Below, in pieces: positions 10,557 through 20,489 of a stretch of DNA of 64,000 nucleotides. This DNA is from Metapseudomonas otitidis (lineage in GTDB: Bacteria > Pseudomonadota > Gammaproteobacteria > Pseudomonadales > Pseudomonadaceae), in assembly GCF_900111835.1 (NCBI RefSeq), contig NZ_FOJP01000010.1, positions 205,397-269,396 on the forward strand, given 5' to 3'. Position 1 is the first letter of the stretch, and each line of letters begins with the position of its first letter. Below the pieces are notes generated by a model. That model saw only the letters and a list, made by a program, of their open reading frames with translations. It was not told the DNA's origin and did no database searches. The translations under genes were made by a program, and so were the position numbers.

Positions 10557-11309
10557 ATGAAAAGCATGCAGGTCGAAGTCATCAGCATCTTCCCGGAGAT
10601 GTTCGCCGCCATCAGCGAGTACGGCATCACCAGCCGCGCGGTCAAGCAGGGGCTCCTGAAGCTCAATTGCTGGAACCCACGGAGCTTCACCGAGGATCGC
10701 CACCAGACGGTGGATGATCGGCCTTTCGGTGGTGGTCCCGGGATGGTGATGAAGATCGAACCGCTGGAACGGGCACTGGCAGCCGCCAAGGCCGCAGCGG
10801 GAGATCGGGCGAAGGTGATCTACCTTTCGCCGCAGGGGCGCCAGCTGAAGCAGGCGGCCGTGCGCGAACTGGCGCAGGAGGAAGCCCTCATCCTCATCGC
10901 CGGTCGCTACGAAGGCATTGACGAGCGTTTCATCGAGACGCATGTCGACGAGGAATGGTCGATTGGCGATTACGTCCTGTCCGGCGGTGAGCTGCCGGCC
11001 ATGGTGCTGATCGACGCGGTAACGCGATTGCTGCCCGGCGCGCTGGGCCACGCGGACTCCGCCGAGGAGGACTCGTTCACGGACGGCCTGCTCGATTGTC
11101 CTCACTACACCCGACCTGAGGTGTACGCGGATAAGCGTGTTCCTGAAGTGCTGCTCAGCGGCAACCACGAACACATCCGGCGATGGCGTTTGCAGCAGGC
11201 GCTTGGGCGCACCTGGGAACGTCGGGCCGATCTTCTGGATTGCCGCTCGCTTTCTGGAGAAGAGAAAAAGCTGCTGGAGGAGTACATCCGCCAGCGGGAC
11301 GATAGTTAA
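10557..11309 (+). CDS. trmD: tRNA (guanine37-N1)-methyltransferase
   Basis: SPOUT fold motifs ([22 protein letters not shown]). Confidence 0.95.
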   Translation: MKSMQVEVISIFPEMFAAISEYGITSRAVKQGLLKLNCWNPRSFTEDRHQTVDDRPFGGGPGMVMKIEPLERALAAAKAAAGDRAKVIYLSPQGRQLKQAAVRELAQEEALILIAGRYEGIDERFIETHVDEEWSIGDYVLSGGELPAMVLIDAVTRLLPGALGHADSAEEDSFTDGLLDCPHYTRPEVYADKRVPEVLLSGNHEHIRRWRLQQALGRTWERRADLLDCRSLSGEEKKLLEEYIRQRDDS

Positions 11310-11353
11310 CGTATCGATGGCACGCCCGAAAGGCCTGTCTTAGGAGCACAGCG

Positions 11354-11704
11354 ATGACCAACAAGATCATTCAGCAGATCGAAGCTGAACAAATGAACAA
11401 AGAGATCCCGGCGTTCGCCCCTGGCGACACCGTGATCGTGCAAGTGAAGGTGAAGGAAGGCGAGCGTTCCCGTCTGCAGGCCTTCGAAGGTGTGGTCATC
11501 GGCAAGCGTAACCGCGGCCTGAACAGCGCCTTCACCGTACGCAAGATCTCCAACGGCGTTGGCGTCGAGCGTACCTTCCAGACCTACTCCCCCCTGGTGG
11601 ACAGCCTGACCGTCAAGCGCCGCGGCGACGTGCGCAAGGCCAAGCTGTACTACCTCCGCGACCTGTCCGGCAAGGCTGCTCGCATCAAGGAGAAGCTGGT
11701 CTAA
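11354..11704 (+). CDS. rplS: 50S ribosomal protein L19
   Basis: Full-length L19 match. Confidence 0.95.
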   Translation: MTNKIIQQIEAEQMNKEIPAFAPGDTVIVQVKVKEGERSRLQAFEGVVIGKRNRGLNSAFTVRKISNGVGVERTFQTYSPLVDSLTVKRRGDVRKAKLYYLRDLSGKAARIKEKLV

Positions 11705-11720
11705 GACCCGCTTCCACAAC

Positions 11721-11757
11721 AAAAAGCCCGCCCCGGGAAACCGCGGCGGGCTTTTTG
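11721..11757 (+). terminator. rho-independent terminator of the rpsP operon
   Basis: aaaaagcccgcc...ggcgggctttttg hairpin with T-run immediately after rplS. Confidence 0.7.
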
Positions 11758-11990
11758 TTGCCTTGCAGAAAGCGATATGCAGGCACTTGGGTGGGCAGGG
11801 TGTTCGAGCTTTTGAGGAAGCGGCAGTGGGAGTCGGGGGTTGGCTCTTGTCGTAGCGAATGAGCCTTATCGTCATCTGGCGTTGTTTGCATGGTTGTAGG
11901 CGGTTGACCGCCGGCGCTCGTCACGCCGGCGGGCCGGGTTGGTAGGGAGCCATCCCCGAGGCGGCCATCGGCACGCCGTTGGGGCGGGGC

Positions 11991-14900
11991 TCATATCGGC
12001 TCGGCGCAGAATTCCAGCAGTGCCTGTTCCAGGCGTTCGACTTCCCGGGTGACGTCGTGGGCGAGCTGCTCCATCACGTCCTCGGGCTGCCGAGCTTCCC
12101 AGGCTTCTTCCAGGGCCTCGCAACAGCTGACCAGGGGCTGTGCATGGACGATCCGCGCGGCGCCCTTGATCTTGTGGGCAGCTGCGGCGACTTCCTCCCA
12201 GACTTTCTCATCCAGGCTGCGATGCAGCTGATCGAGGTCCTCGCGATTGGCAGTCAGCAGGGTGTCCAGCAGGCGCTGGCGCAGTGCCGGGTCGCTGCCG
12301 GCCAGTTGCAGGAATTCCTTCATGCCGAAGAGGCCCTCTGGGTGCGTCGCCGGCAGTGCCGGTAGTTCTGGCATCTCAAGGGGCTCCAGCGCCTGTGAAG
12401 GCTGCAGGGTGGCCAGCTGCCGGGCCAGTTGACGCAGGCTGATGGGTTTGAACAGGCAGGCGTCCATGCCCGCCTTGCGGCAGCGCTCGTGTTCCTCGCT
12501 CTGGGCGTTGGCGGTGTAGCCGATGAAGTGCACGCGTCCGCTTTCCCGGCGGGCTTCTTCCTCCCGCACGGCACGGGCCAGGGCGTAGCCGTTCATCACC
12601 GGCATGTTGCAGTCGCTGATCACCAGGTCGAAGTGGCCCTTGCTCCAGTGGTCCAGCCCGTCGCGCCCGTCCACCGCCTCGGTGACGCGGTGGCCGAGGA
12701 AGGTCAGCTGCTGCTTGAGCAGTTCGCGGTTCGCGGGGTTGTCGTCCACCACCAGCACGTCCAGCGGCACCTGCCGTGCCACGGGGGCGTCTTCTTCCTC
12801 CTGGCGAGCGTGGCGGGGGAGCGGGTCCAGCTCCAGCAGGTCCAGCTCCACCCAGATGCAGGTGCCCCGGCCCAGTTCGCTTTCGAGGCGAATGGTGCCG
12901 CCCATCATTTCGCAAAGCACGCGACAGATCACCAGGCCCAGGCCGGTGCCCCGGCGTGCCTCGTCGGCGCCTACGCTGCCCTGGCTGAAGGCTTGGAACA
13001 GCTGTGCCTGGTCCTCGTCGGAGATGCCGCGGCCACTGTCCTCGACCTTGAGCAGGATGCCCAGGCGCTTGTCCGGGCGCGGTTGTGCCTGGATGTCGAT
13101 GGAGACCCCGCCGGCGTCGGTGAACTTGATGGCGTTGCCCACCAGGTTGGTGAGGATCTGGCGGAAGCGCACCGGGTCGACCAGTACGTCGCCACCTGCG
13201 CGGTGGTCGAACTCCAGGGTCAGGCGCAGGTTCTTCTGCCGGGCCAGGCCGTCGAACACCCGGATCACCGCTTCCGCCTGCTCCCGCAGGTTGCTGCGCA
13301 CCGGAGACAGGCTGAGACGCCCCGACTCGATGCGGGCGATGTCGAGGATGTTGCCGATGAGCTCCAGGAGGTCCCGCGCGGAGCCGTGGGCGATCTCGAT
13401 GGCGGCGCGGTCCCACTGGCCCTGGTCGGCCCGTTCGAGGGCCAGTTCCAGCATGCCGATCACGGCGTTCATCGGCGTGCGGATCTCGTGGCTCATGGTG
13501 GCCAGGAAGGTGCTCTTGGCCCGGTTGGCGTCATCGGCCCGCTCCTTGGCGGCCTGCAGGTCATCCACCAGTTGCAGGCGCTCGCTGATGTCGATCCATC
13601 CGCTGACCACGCCCTTGATCTCGCCACGGAAATCCCGGTACGGCTCGATCCAGTGATAGATGCTGAGGGGGCCGGCCTGGCTGTACAGCTCCCGGTCGCA
13701 GCGCAGCGGTACGCCGGACTCGGTCACCTTGCGGTAGTCGTCCAGCAGCGTCTGGCGCTGCCCCTCGCTGCCCAGCTTGGCGGCGGGCGGCGGTTGCCCG
13801 ATCACGTCCTCGCGCCGGAGGGCCAGGGCCTGCAGGTAGTTGTCATTGCACATCAGCAGGTGACCGTCGCGATCGCGAACGTAGATCGGGTGCGGCGTAC
13901 CGTTGACCAGTGCCTCCATAAGGTGGAACTGGTCGTTGAGGGCTTGCTCGGCTTTCTTCCGCCGGCCGATCTGGCGCCTGAGGTAGAGGATCCAGCCCAG
14001 CGACACCAGCAGCAGGAGCCCCGAAATGGAGAGGATCTGCATGATCAGCTCACGGTTCACGGTGCTGCGCGTGCCGCTGATCTCGACGTTCGAACGCCAT
14101 CGTTGCTTGACCAGCACCGCCAGCTCATCCGGCGGGATGGCAGCGGTTGCCTTGTCGAGGATCGACTGCAGCAGGGTGTCCTCCTTGCGCATGGCGAAGG
14201 CGATGCTTTCCTGGGGCACGTCGATGAGTTCGGAGATGCGCAGCTGCTCCGGGAACATCCGGCGGATGTAGTACTCGGCGACGATGGTGGACATCACGGC
14301 GCCCTCCGCCTCGCCGTTGGCGACTGCCACCAGGCAGTCCAGCAGCGAGCTGGTCTCCACCAGGCGAACACCGGGGTAGCGGCTGCGGATGTAGTCGTTG
14401 AGGAAGTAGCCGCGGATCACCGCCAGGCGCTGGCCGTGCAACTCGCTGAGTCGGGACGGGGACTTCGCGTCGTTGAGGGTGATGGTGGCGAACGGCACGT
14501 GCATGTAGGGGCGCGAATAGGCCATGTCGCGCTGGCGGATACGGGCTATGCCGTCAGCGCCGACGATGTCGGCTTCGCCGTTCAGCACGGCATTCATCAT
14601 GTCTTCGGGCTGGGGAGTGCGGACGATCTCGAAGCGCAGGCCGGTGCGGATGCGGATCTGGTCGAGGATGTCCGCCGTGATGCCGTGGTAGTTGCCCTCA
14701 TTGTCGAAGAACGACACCGGCGCGTAGTTGCCGTAGGTGGCGACACGTATGACCGGATGCGCCGCCAGCCAGGCGCGCTCCTCTTCGGTGAACGGCAGTT
14801 CCGGGTCCAGCAGGCTCGGGCTGGCGCCGCCGCTCCAGCGCTTGATCAGCGGCGTGCGGTTGCCCGTGGGCAAGCGCTGCAGGACCTTGTTCACCAGCGC

Positions 14901-15647
14901 CAGCAGGCGGGTGTTGCCGCGAGCGCTGGCGAAGCTGATGCCGCTGGCCTTCAGGTCTGCCAGGCGGACGATGTGCAGGTGGTCGTCATAGACCTGGTTG
15001 ATCTGGTAGTTCGCACTGACCAGATCCCCCAGGTACAGGTCGTTGTCGCCGTCGACCACCGAGTTGAGGGCCGCGCTGGTGGAGGGGTAGAGCGTCAGGA
15101 TGGCGTCCGGGTAGCGGTTCTGCACCATGTCCAGGGGCAGGTAGTTGCCGACGATGGCGATGCGCAGGCTGTCCAGGTCCCGGGGCCAGTCGCGCTTGTC
15201 CTGTTGCCGGGCGACCAGGCTGGGCTGGTCGGGGGCATAGGGAAGGCTCAAGGCCAGTGCCTGTTCGCGGCCTTCGAAGTCGTTGGACGCACTGAGCAGG
15301 TCGGCCTCGCCACTGCTCACTGCACGCAAGGCTGCGCTCCGACTGGGGTAGCGCTCGACGCGGACGGGTACTTGCAACTGGCGCGACAGCAGGCCGGCGA
15401 CGTCGGCGGTGATGCCCTCGAAGTCGCGGCCGCTGGACGTGATGTCGAAGGGGGGCAGGTCGTCCGCAATGGCCAGCCGCAGCTCACCGCGCTGGGCGAG
15501 CCAGGCCCGTTCCTCGGGCTCCAGGGTGATGTCCTCTTCCAGTGCGAGGGGACGGGCACCGAGGGGAATCGACTGGGAAGCGGCTTGCGCCAGCAGGGGC
15601 ACGGTGAGTGCGAGAAGCACGAGGGGCTTGAGCAGACGGAGGCACAT
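11991..15647 (-). CDS. BvgS/EvgS-like hybrid sensor histidine kinase: signal peptide, two periplasmic solute-binding (SBP_bac_3-like) domains, TM, PAS, HisKA, HATPase, REC, Hpt
   Basis: 1218 aa; H-box ATMSHEIRTPMNAV; G-boxes; receiver VLVVDDNPANR...DCNMPVMNG; C-terminal Hpt with HKIKGAA. Confidence 0.85.
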   Translation of the reverse strand: MCLRLLKPLVLLALTVPLLAQAASQSIPLGARPLALEEDITLEPEERAWLAQRGELRLAIADDLPPFDITSSGRDFEGITADVAGLLSRQLQVPVRVERYPSRSAALRAVSSGEADLLSASNDFEGREQALALSLPYAPDQPSLVARQQDKRDWPRDLDSLRIAIVGNYLPLDMVQNRYPDAILTLYPSTSAALNSVVDGDNDLYLGDLVSANYQINQVYDDHLHIVRLADLKASGISFASARGNTRLLALVNKVLQRLPTGNRTPLIKRWSGGASPSLLDPELPFTEEERAWLAAHPVIRVATYGNYAPVSFFDNEGNYHGITADILDQIRIRTGLRFEIVRTPQPEDMMNAVLNGEADIVGADGIARIRQRDMAYSRPYMHVPFATITLNDAKSPSRLSELHGQRLAVIRGYFLNDYIRSRYPGVRLVETSSLLDCLVAVANGEAEGAVMSTIVAEYYIRRMFPEQLRISELIDVPQESIAFAMRKEDTLLQSILDKATAAIPPDELAVLVKQRWRSNVEISGTRSTVNRELIMQILSISGLLLLVSLGWILYLRRQIGRRKKAEQALNDQFHLMEALVNGTPHPIYVRDRDGHLLMCNDNYLQALALRREDVIGQPPPAAKLGSEGQRQTLLDDYRKVTESGVPLRCDRELYSQAGPLSIYHWIEPYRDFRGEIKGVVSGWIDISERLQLVDDLQAAKERADDANRAKSTFLATMSHEIRTPMNAVIGMLELALERADQGQWDRAAIEIAHGSARDLLELIGNILDIARIESGRLSLSPVRSNLREQAEAVIRVFDGLARQKNLRLTLEFDHRAGGDVLVDPVRFRQILTNLVGNAIKFTDAGGVSIDIQAQPRPDKRLGILLKVEDSGRGISDEDQAQLFQAFSQGSVGADEARRGTGLGLVICRVLCEMMGGTIRLESELGRGTCIWVELDLLELDPLPRHARQEEEDAPVARQVPLDVLVVDDNPANRELLKQQLTFLGHRVTEAVDGRDGLDHWSKGHFDLVISDCNMPVMNGYALARAVREEEARRESGRVHFIGYTANAQSEEHERCRKAGMDACLFKPISLRQLARQLATLQPSQALEPLEMPELPALPATHPEGLFGMKEFLQLAGSDPALRQRLLDTLLTANREDLDQLHRSLDEKVWEEVAAAAHKIKGAARIVHAQPLVSCCEALEEAWEARQPEDVMEQLAHDVTREVERLEQALLEFCAEPI

Positions 15648-16139
15648 GGTCGTTTCCTAATGGTGGCGGGCGGTCTGGATTGCAGACCCTGGGCGCCGCG
15701 CAGAGAAAATATCCCAGTGCCCCGGTCGGGCCTATGCAGGGGGAGGGGGAATGAGCGTGTTTCAGGTTTTTCCCGCTTTTTGATCGGACGTTACTTACCT
15801 GAAGTCGGAAATTCTGGTTATTCCGAGCATGTCCGGCGCAAGTGCCTGCAAGGGGCGAGAGACCCGGCTGATACAGGGCCGGATTTCGAGAAGGACCGTT
15901 GTCAGTTGCCGGAACCGGACGTTCTTCAGGGAGGGGTATCCCGCCGTTGGCTCCTCACCCCATCGTGGCGGCAGTGGCTGTGGAATAATTCGCGCCCCGC
16001 GGCCTGGCCGTGGGGAGAGCGCTCCTGCCGAGGATCGACAGGCGCGTGGAGGCCCGGCGTATACCGCAGGGTGCACTTGCAAGCCCAGCCGTCACCAAGA
16101 TGTGGCCGCCACAGTGGGATTCACCGAGGTAGTCGTGGC

Positions 16140-16562
16140 ATGACCCCGAGAGAACGAGAGATAGAACGGCGCATCGCCTTGTCCGAGAGCCGTGTGACCA
16201 AGGCGGTGTTCCCGCCGACCACCAACCACCACAACACCCTGTTCGGCGGCACCGCGCTGGCCTGGATGGACGAGGTGTCCTTCATCTGCGCCACCCGCTT
16301 CTGCCGGCTGCCGCTGGTGACGGTTTCCACCGACCGCATCGACTTCAAGCACCCGATACCGGCCGGCTCCATCGTCGAGCTGATCGGGCGTGTGGTGAAG
16401 GTGGGCAACACCAGCCTCAAGGTGGAGGTCGAGGTGTTCGTCGAAGGGATGTACGAGGCCGGGCGCGAGCGCGCCATCAGCGGCGCGTTCAGCTTCGTCG
16501 CCATCGACGACGACAAGCGCCCGGTGCCGGTGCTGCCGGAAGCGGCAATCCCCGCCGACTGA
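16140..16562 (+). CDS. acyl-CoA thioesterase (hotdog fold, YciA-like)
   Basis: 140 aa; TNHHNTLFGGTALAWMDE hotdog motif; only the last 423 nt of track ORF 12429..16562 are genic. Confidence 0.75.
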   Translation: MTPREREIERRIALSESRVTKAVFPPTTNHHNTLFGGTALAWMDEVSFICATRFCRLPLVTVSTDRIDFKHPIPAGSIVELIGRVVKVGNTSLKVEVEVFVEGMYEAGRERAISGAFSFVAIDDDKRPVPVLPEAAIPAD

Positions 16563-16577
16563 GTCGGCGGGCTGCCT

Positions 16578-17255
16578 TCAGGGGCGCATGGCGATCTTCA
16601 GGGACGCCTGGGAGAGGTCGATGTCGTGCAGCGTCAGGCTGCCGAAGCTCCCGGCGTTCGGGCCGCTGCCGGCCACGCGGATATTGTCGAAGCGCAGCTC
16701 GCCGATGGAGCTGGGCAGGCGCACGTTGATGGAACCGTCGGCGTTCATCGTCGAGGTCAGCCGTGAGGTGTCGTAGACCACGCCCTTCATCGAGGTTTCC
16801 GCCTCCAGGCTGTTCAGCACTGGCATCACCAGGCGCGCCAGGCTCTGCACCGTGGCGATGCCGTCGCCTGCCTCCGCCTGCACGAACAGCCCCTGCAGCA
16901 CATCGTCCAGGCCCTGGGCACTCACGCTGCTCATCTCCGCTTCGCTCAGCGGCTGCATGCCGGGCGGCACGTAGTCCTGGCTCATTGCGCTGGGCAGTTG
17001 CTGGGCCTGGGCGCTGATCATCTGGAACGGGCTCAGCAGCGCCGCCACCAGCGTCGCCGCCAGTCGCAGGTTGCTCTGGCGCTTGAGCGCCTTCTCCAGT
17101 TGCCGCTTGCTGAGCAGGCCCTGCTCGATGAGCACCTCACCCAGGCGTTTGTCGCTGGTGAGCTGAACCTTGATGGCAGCATCCAGCTGCTGGGTGGTGA
17201 TCAGTCCCTTGTTGACCAGGATCTGGCCAAGACGCGAGTTCTGATGGTTGGACAT
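16578..17255 (-). CDS. MshEN (T2SS-E N-terminal)-domain protein, putative stand-alone c-di-GMP receptor
   Basis: Two tandem 24-aa motifs RLGQILVNKGLITTQQLDAAIKVQ / RLGEVLIEQGLLSKRQLEKALKRQ matching RLGxxLVxxG(I/L)(L/I)xxxxLxxxLxxQ. Confidence 0.6.
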   Translation of the reverse strand: MSNHQNSRLGQILVNKGLITTQQLDAAIKVQLTSDKRLGEVLIEQGLLSKRQLEKALKRQSNLRLAATLVAALLSPFQMISAQAQQLPSAMSQDYVPPGMQPLSEAEMSSVSAQGLDDVLQGLFVQAEAGDGIATVQSLARLVMPVLNSLEAETSMKGVVYDTSRLTSTMNADGSINVRLPSSIGELRFDNIRVAGSGPNAGSFGSLTLHDIDLSQASLKIAMRP

Positions 17256-17353
17256 GGGGGCGGGACCAGGGCAGGGATAGTGGCAAGGTAGAATCATCCT
17301 CTTGTGGGAAGAGGCTGTCACCCAACGAAGGATAGGCTTACATCGCCATCGGT

Positions 17354-19180
17354 CTATGACTCCGCGTCGCTGACAGTGTCGGCATCCACCAGGGCCACCA
17401 GGCTCCAGCCCGGCTGGGGTTCCAGCGCCTGCGAAGGCCCGGCGATGTGCACCCAGCCCCGGGTGTCACGGGCCAGCAGCAAGGTCGCATGGTTCCCGTG
17501 GAACGCCTGGTAGGCCGCCCAGTCGAAGGCCTCCGTCAGCGTGGTGATGCGGATCTCCGCCCCACGGCCGAGGCGGCTGGCGAACTGTGGATAGGTGAGT
17601 GCCGGCAGGCCCAGCTCACGGCCGCGAACCTGCTCGCTGCTGCGGTGCTTGTCGCTGCGCCGGCTGTCCGCCCCGCTGGGCAGGGTGAAGCGGCGAGGCT
17701 CGGCGAAATCATGGCGAAAGCGCATGCAGGCCAGGGCGTTCATCTCGCTGGAGGGTGACAGCGCCAGCAGGTGCCCGAGCCCCACCAGGTCCAGGTGGGC
17801 GTCCGCATGCTGGGAGGTGGGGTTGCCGAAGTAGGTGGGCAAGCCGTCCATGCGCGCCGCGCGGATGTTCTCCCAGCTGGAGTCGGTGAGCAGCACCCGG
17901 CTGCCGAGCTGGTTCAGCGCCTTGCCCAGCGCTCGTGCCACCGGGTTGGCACCGATGATCAGGAAGCCTGCCGGTGCGGGCTCGGCCACCCCCAGCAGGC
18001 GCGCGAGGGGGCGGGCGGTGGCGCTCTGCAGCACCACCGTGCCAATGATCACCAGGAAGGTCAGCGGCACCAGCAACTGGGCATTCGGGTCGCCGTGTTC
18101 CTGAAGGCGCAGGGCGAAGATGGCGGACACCGCCGCTGCCACGATGCCTCGGGGAGCGATCCACGCCAGCAGCGCCCGCTCGCGCCAGCTCAGCGTCGAG
18201 CCCAGGGTGCTCAGGCCGATGTTCAGCGGCCGCGCGATGAACTGGATCACCGCCAGCAACGCCAGGGTGGCCGGCCCCAGGGCCAGCAGCGCCTTCAGGT
18301 CGAGCCGCGCCGCCAGCAGGATGAACAGCCCCGAGATCAGCAGCACGCTGAGGTTTTCCTTGAAGTGCAGGATCGGCTTCACATCGACCCCACGCATGTT
18401 CGCCAGCCACATCCCCATCAGCGTCACTGCCAAAAGGCCCGACTCGTGCACCAGCAGGTTGGAGGCGATGAACACACCCAGCACCGCCGCCAACGCCGCC
18501 AGGTTGTGCAGGTACTCTGGCAGCCAGTGGCGGCGCAGCACCACGCCGAGCGCCCAGCCGCCCAGCACACCGAGCAGCGTGCCGCAGCCGATTACCCCGG
18601 CGAAGGTCGCCAGGCTCTGGCTCCAGCCGCCCTGGTCGCGGCTGACGATGAAGCTGAAGGTCACCACCGCCGCCAGGGCGCCGATGGGGTCGATGACGAT
18701 GCCTTCCCAGCGCAGGATGTTCGCCACCGAGGCCCGGGGGCGCACCACCCGCAGCATCGGCACGATCACCGTCGGCCCGGTCACCAGCGTCAGCGAGCCG
18801 AACAGCACCGCCAGTTCCCACGAAAAGCCCAGCAGCAGGTGTGTAGCCACGGCGATCACCACCCAGGTCGCCAGTGCCCCCAGGGTCACCATGCGGCGGA
18901 CCACCGAGCCGATCTCGCGCCATTCCGACAGGTGCAGCGTCAGGCTGCCCTCGAAGAGAATCAGCGCCACTGCCAGGGACGTCAGCGGGAAGAGCAGGGG
19001 GCCGAACAGCGCGCCCGGGTCCAGCACGCCGAGCACTGGCCCGGCGAGGATGCCCGACAGCAACAGGAAGAGGATCGCCGGCAGGCGCAGGCGCCAGGCC
19101 AGCCACTGGCTGCACAGCGCGGCCAGGCCGATGCCGCCGAGGGCCAGAAGGATGCGGGTTTCGTCCATCAGGACTCCTTG
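17354..19180 (-). CDS. Na+/H+ antiporter, CPA1 (NhaP-type) family
   Basis: 608 aa, about 12 TM N-terminal exchanger domain plus a cytoplasmic tail; the start MDETRILL is internal to track ORF 17354..20209. Confidence 0.85.
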   Translation of the reverse strand, partial: QGVLMDETRILLALGGIGLAALCSQWLAWRLRLPAILFLLLSGILAGPVLGVLDPGALFGPLLFPLTSLAVALILFEGSLTLHLSEWREIGSVVRRMVTLGALATWVVIAVATHLLLGFSWELAVLFGSLTLVTGPTVIVPMLRVVRPRASVANILRWEGIVIDPIGALAAVVTFSFIVSRDQGGWSQSLATFAGVIGCGTLLGVLGGWALGVVLRRHWLPEYLHNLAALAAVLGVFIASNLLVHESGLLAVTLMGMWLANMRGVDVKPILHFKENLSVLLISGLFILLAARLDLKALLALGPATLALLAVIQFIARPLNIGLSTLGSTLSWRERALLAWIAPRGIVAAAVSAIFALRLQEHGDPNAQLLVPLTFLVIIGTVVLQSATARPLARLLGVAEPAPAGFLIIGANPVARALGKALNQLGSRVLLTDSSWENIRAARMDGLPTYFGNPTSQHADAHLDLVGLGHLLALSPSSEMNALACMRFRHDFAEPRRFTLPSGADSRRSDKHRSSEQVRGRELGLPALTYPQFASRLGRGAEIRITTLTEAFDWAAYQAFHGNHATLLLARDTRGWVHIAGPSQALEPQPGWSLVALVDADTVSDAES

Positions 19181-19243
19181 TCGCTGGTGAGGGGCAGGAA
19201 CCTTGTGGAAGACTAGACGCCGTTCATCCCACCAGCGTTCCCC

Positions 19244-20140
19244 ATGCCTGCACTCGACCACCCCCTGATCGACCGCTTTCTCGACGCCCTCTGGCTGGAG
19301 AAAGGCCTTTCGCCCCACACCCGCTCCGCCTACCGCAGCGACCTGGCGCATTTCAATGGCTGGCTGCACGAGCGCGGCTGCAACCTGGCGGAGGCCGGGC
19401 GCGACGTATTGCTGGACCACCTCGCCTGGCGCCTGGAGCAGGGTTACAAGGCCCGCTCCACGGCGCGCTTCCTGTCCGGCGCGCGAGGCTTCTACCGCTT
19501 CCTGCTGGCCGAGGGCGAGATCGCCGAGGACCCGACCCTGCAGGTGGAGATGCCGCTGCTGGGCCGGCCGCTGCCCAAGTCGCTGTCCGAAGCCGATGTG
19601 GAGGCCCTGCTGGAGGCGCCGGACCTGGAGGACCCCATCGGCCTGCGCGACCGCGCCATGCTCGAGGTGCTCTATGCCTGCGGCCTGCGGGTCAGCGAAC
19701 TGGTGGGGCTGACCCTGGAGCAGGTGAACCTGCGCCAGGGCGTGGTCAAGGTCTTCGGCAAGGGCAGCAAGGAACGCCTGGTGCCGCTGGGCGAGGAAGC
19801 CATCGCCTGGATCGAGCGCTACGTCCGCGAAGCGCGGCCTTTCTTGCTGGATGGCAAGCCCAGCGACGTACTCTTCCCCAGCCTGCGCGGCGAGCAGATG
19901 ACCCGCCAGACCTTCTGGCACCGCATCAAGCACCAGGCGAAGGTGGCGGGCATCCTCAAGCCCCTGTCGCCCCACACCCTGCGGCACGCCTTCGCCACCC
20001 ACCTGCTCAACCACGGTGCCGACCTGCGGGTGGTGCAGATGCTGCTCGGCCATGCCGACCTGTCCACCACCCAGATCTACACCCACATCGCCCAGGCCCG
20101 CCTCAAGGACCTCCACGCCCGCCACCACCCGAGGGGGTGA
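19244..20140 (+). CDS. xerD: site-specific tyrosine recombinase XerD
   Basis: Full-length XerD; catalytic R..HxxR..Y (LLGHADLSTTQIYTH). Confidence 0.9.
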   Translation: MPALDHPLIDRFLDALWLEKGLSPHTRSAYRSDLAHFNGWLHERGCNLAEAGRDVLLDHLAWRLEQGYKARSTARFLSGARGFYRFLLAEGEIAEDPTLQVEMPLLGRPLPKSLSEADVEALLEAPDLEDPIGLRDRAMLEVLYACGLRVSELVGLTLEQVNLRQGVVKVFGKGSKERLVPLGEEAIAWIERYVREARPFLLDGKPSDVLFPSLRGEQMTRQTFWHRIKHQAKVAGILKPLSPHTLRHAFATHLLNHGADLRVVQMLLGHADLSTTQIYTHIAQARLKDLHARHHPRG

Positions 20141-20150
20141 GCCGGAAAAA

Positions 20151-20168
20151 GGCGACGCATGCGTCGCC
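20151..20168. terminator. Perfect 18-bp palindrome ggcgacgcatgcgtcgcc after xerD (terminator-like hairpin)
   Basis: Perfect inverted repeat 11 bp after the xerD stop, preceded by an A-run. Confidence 0.4.
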
Positions 20169-20489
20169 CCGGCGAACGACCGGCCATGGATGGCCGGGCC
20201 GGGGCTCAACGGAGCGATGCAGCCCCGACAGGGACGTCTTGCACGATGCTTATCTCCGCTCTGCGTCGCCCCGCTTTTTGCCTACACCCCCCAAGGCCGC
20301 CGCCTGCATCCTCCGAGGGTTGCTTCAGGGAACCTGGCTGCCCACACCGGCTCCAACCTCCGCGCAGCCCTCACAGCACCGCCCAGCCGTCCCCGGCGAG
20401 CCACCGTTCGGCTCCTCTGCACGGCCCGGCAGGCCTTCTGTGTTAGGCTTTCGCACCTATCCGACAGTCGCCGCTCCACAGGAGTAACC

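Noticed and set aside
12429-16562. 1377-aa ORF on the plus strand
   Set aside because: It is antisense to the hybrid kinase for most of its length. Only the last 423 nt (16140-16562) encode a real hotdog thioesterase with its own Met.
17354-20209. 951-aa minus-strand ORF spanning the antiporter and xerD region
   Set aside because: The N-terminal 340 codons are antisense to xerD. The real antiporter begins at the MDETRILL Met (about 19180).
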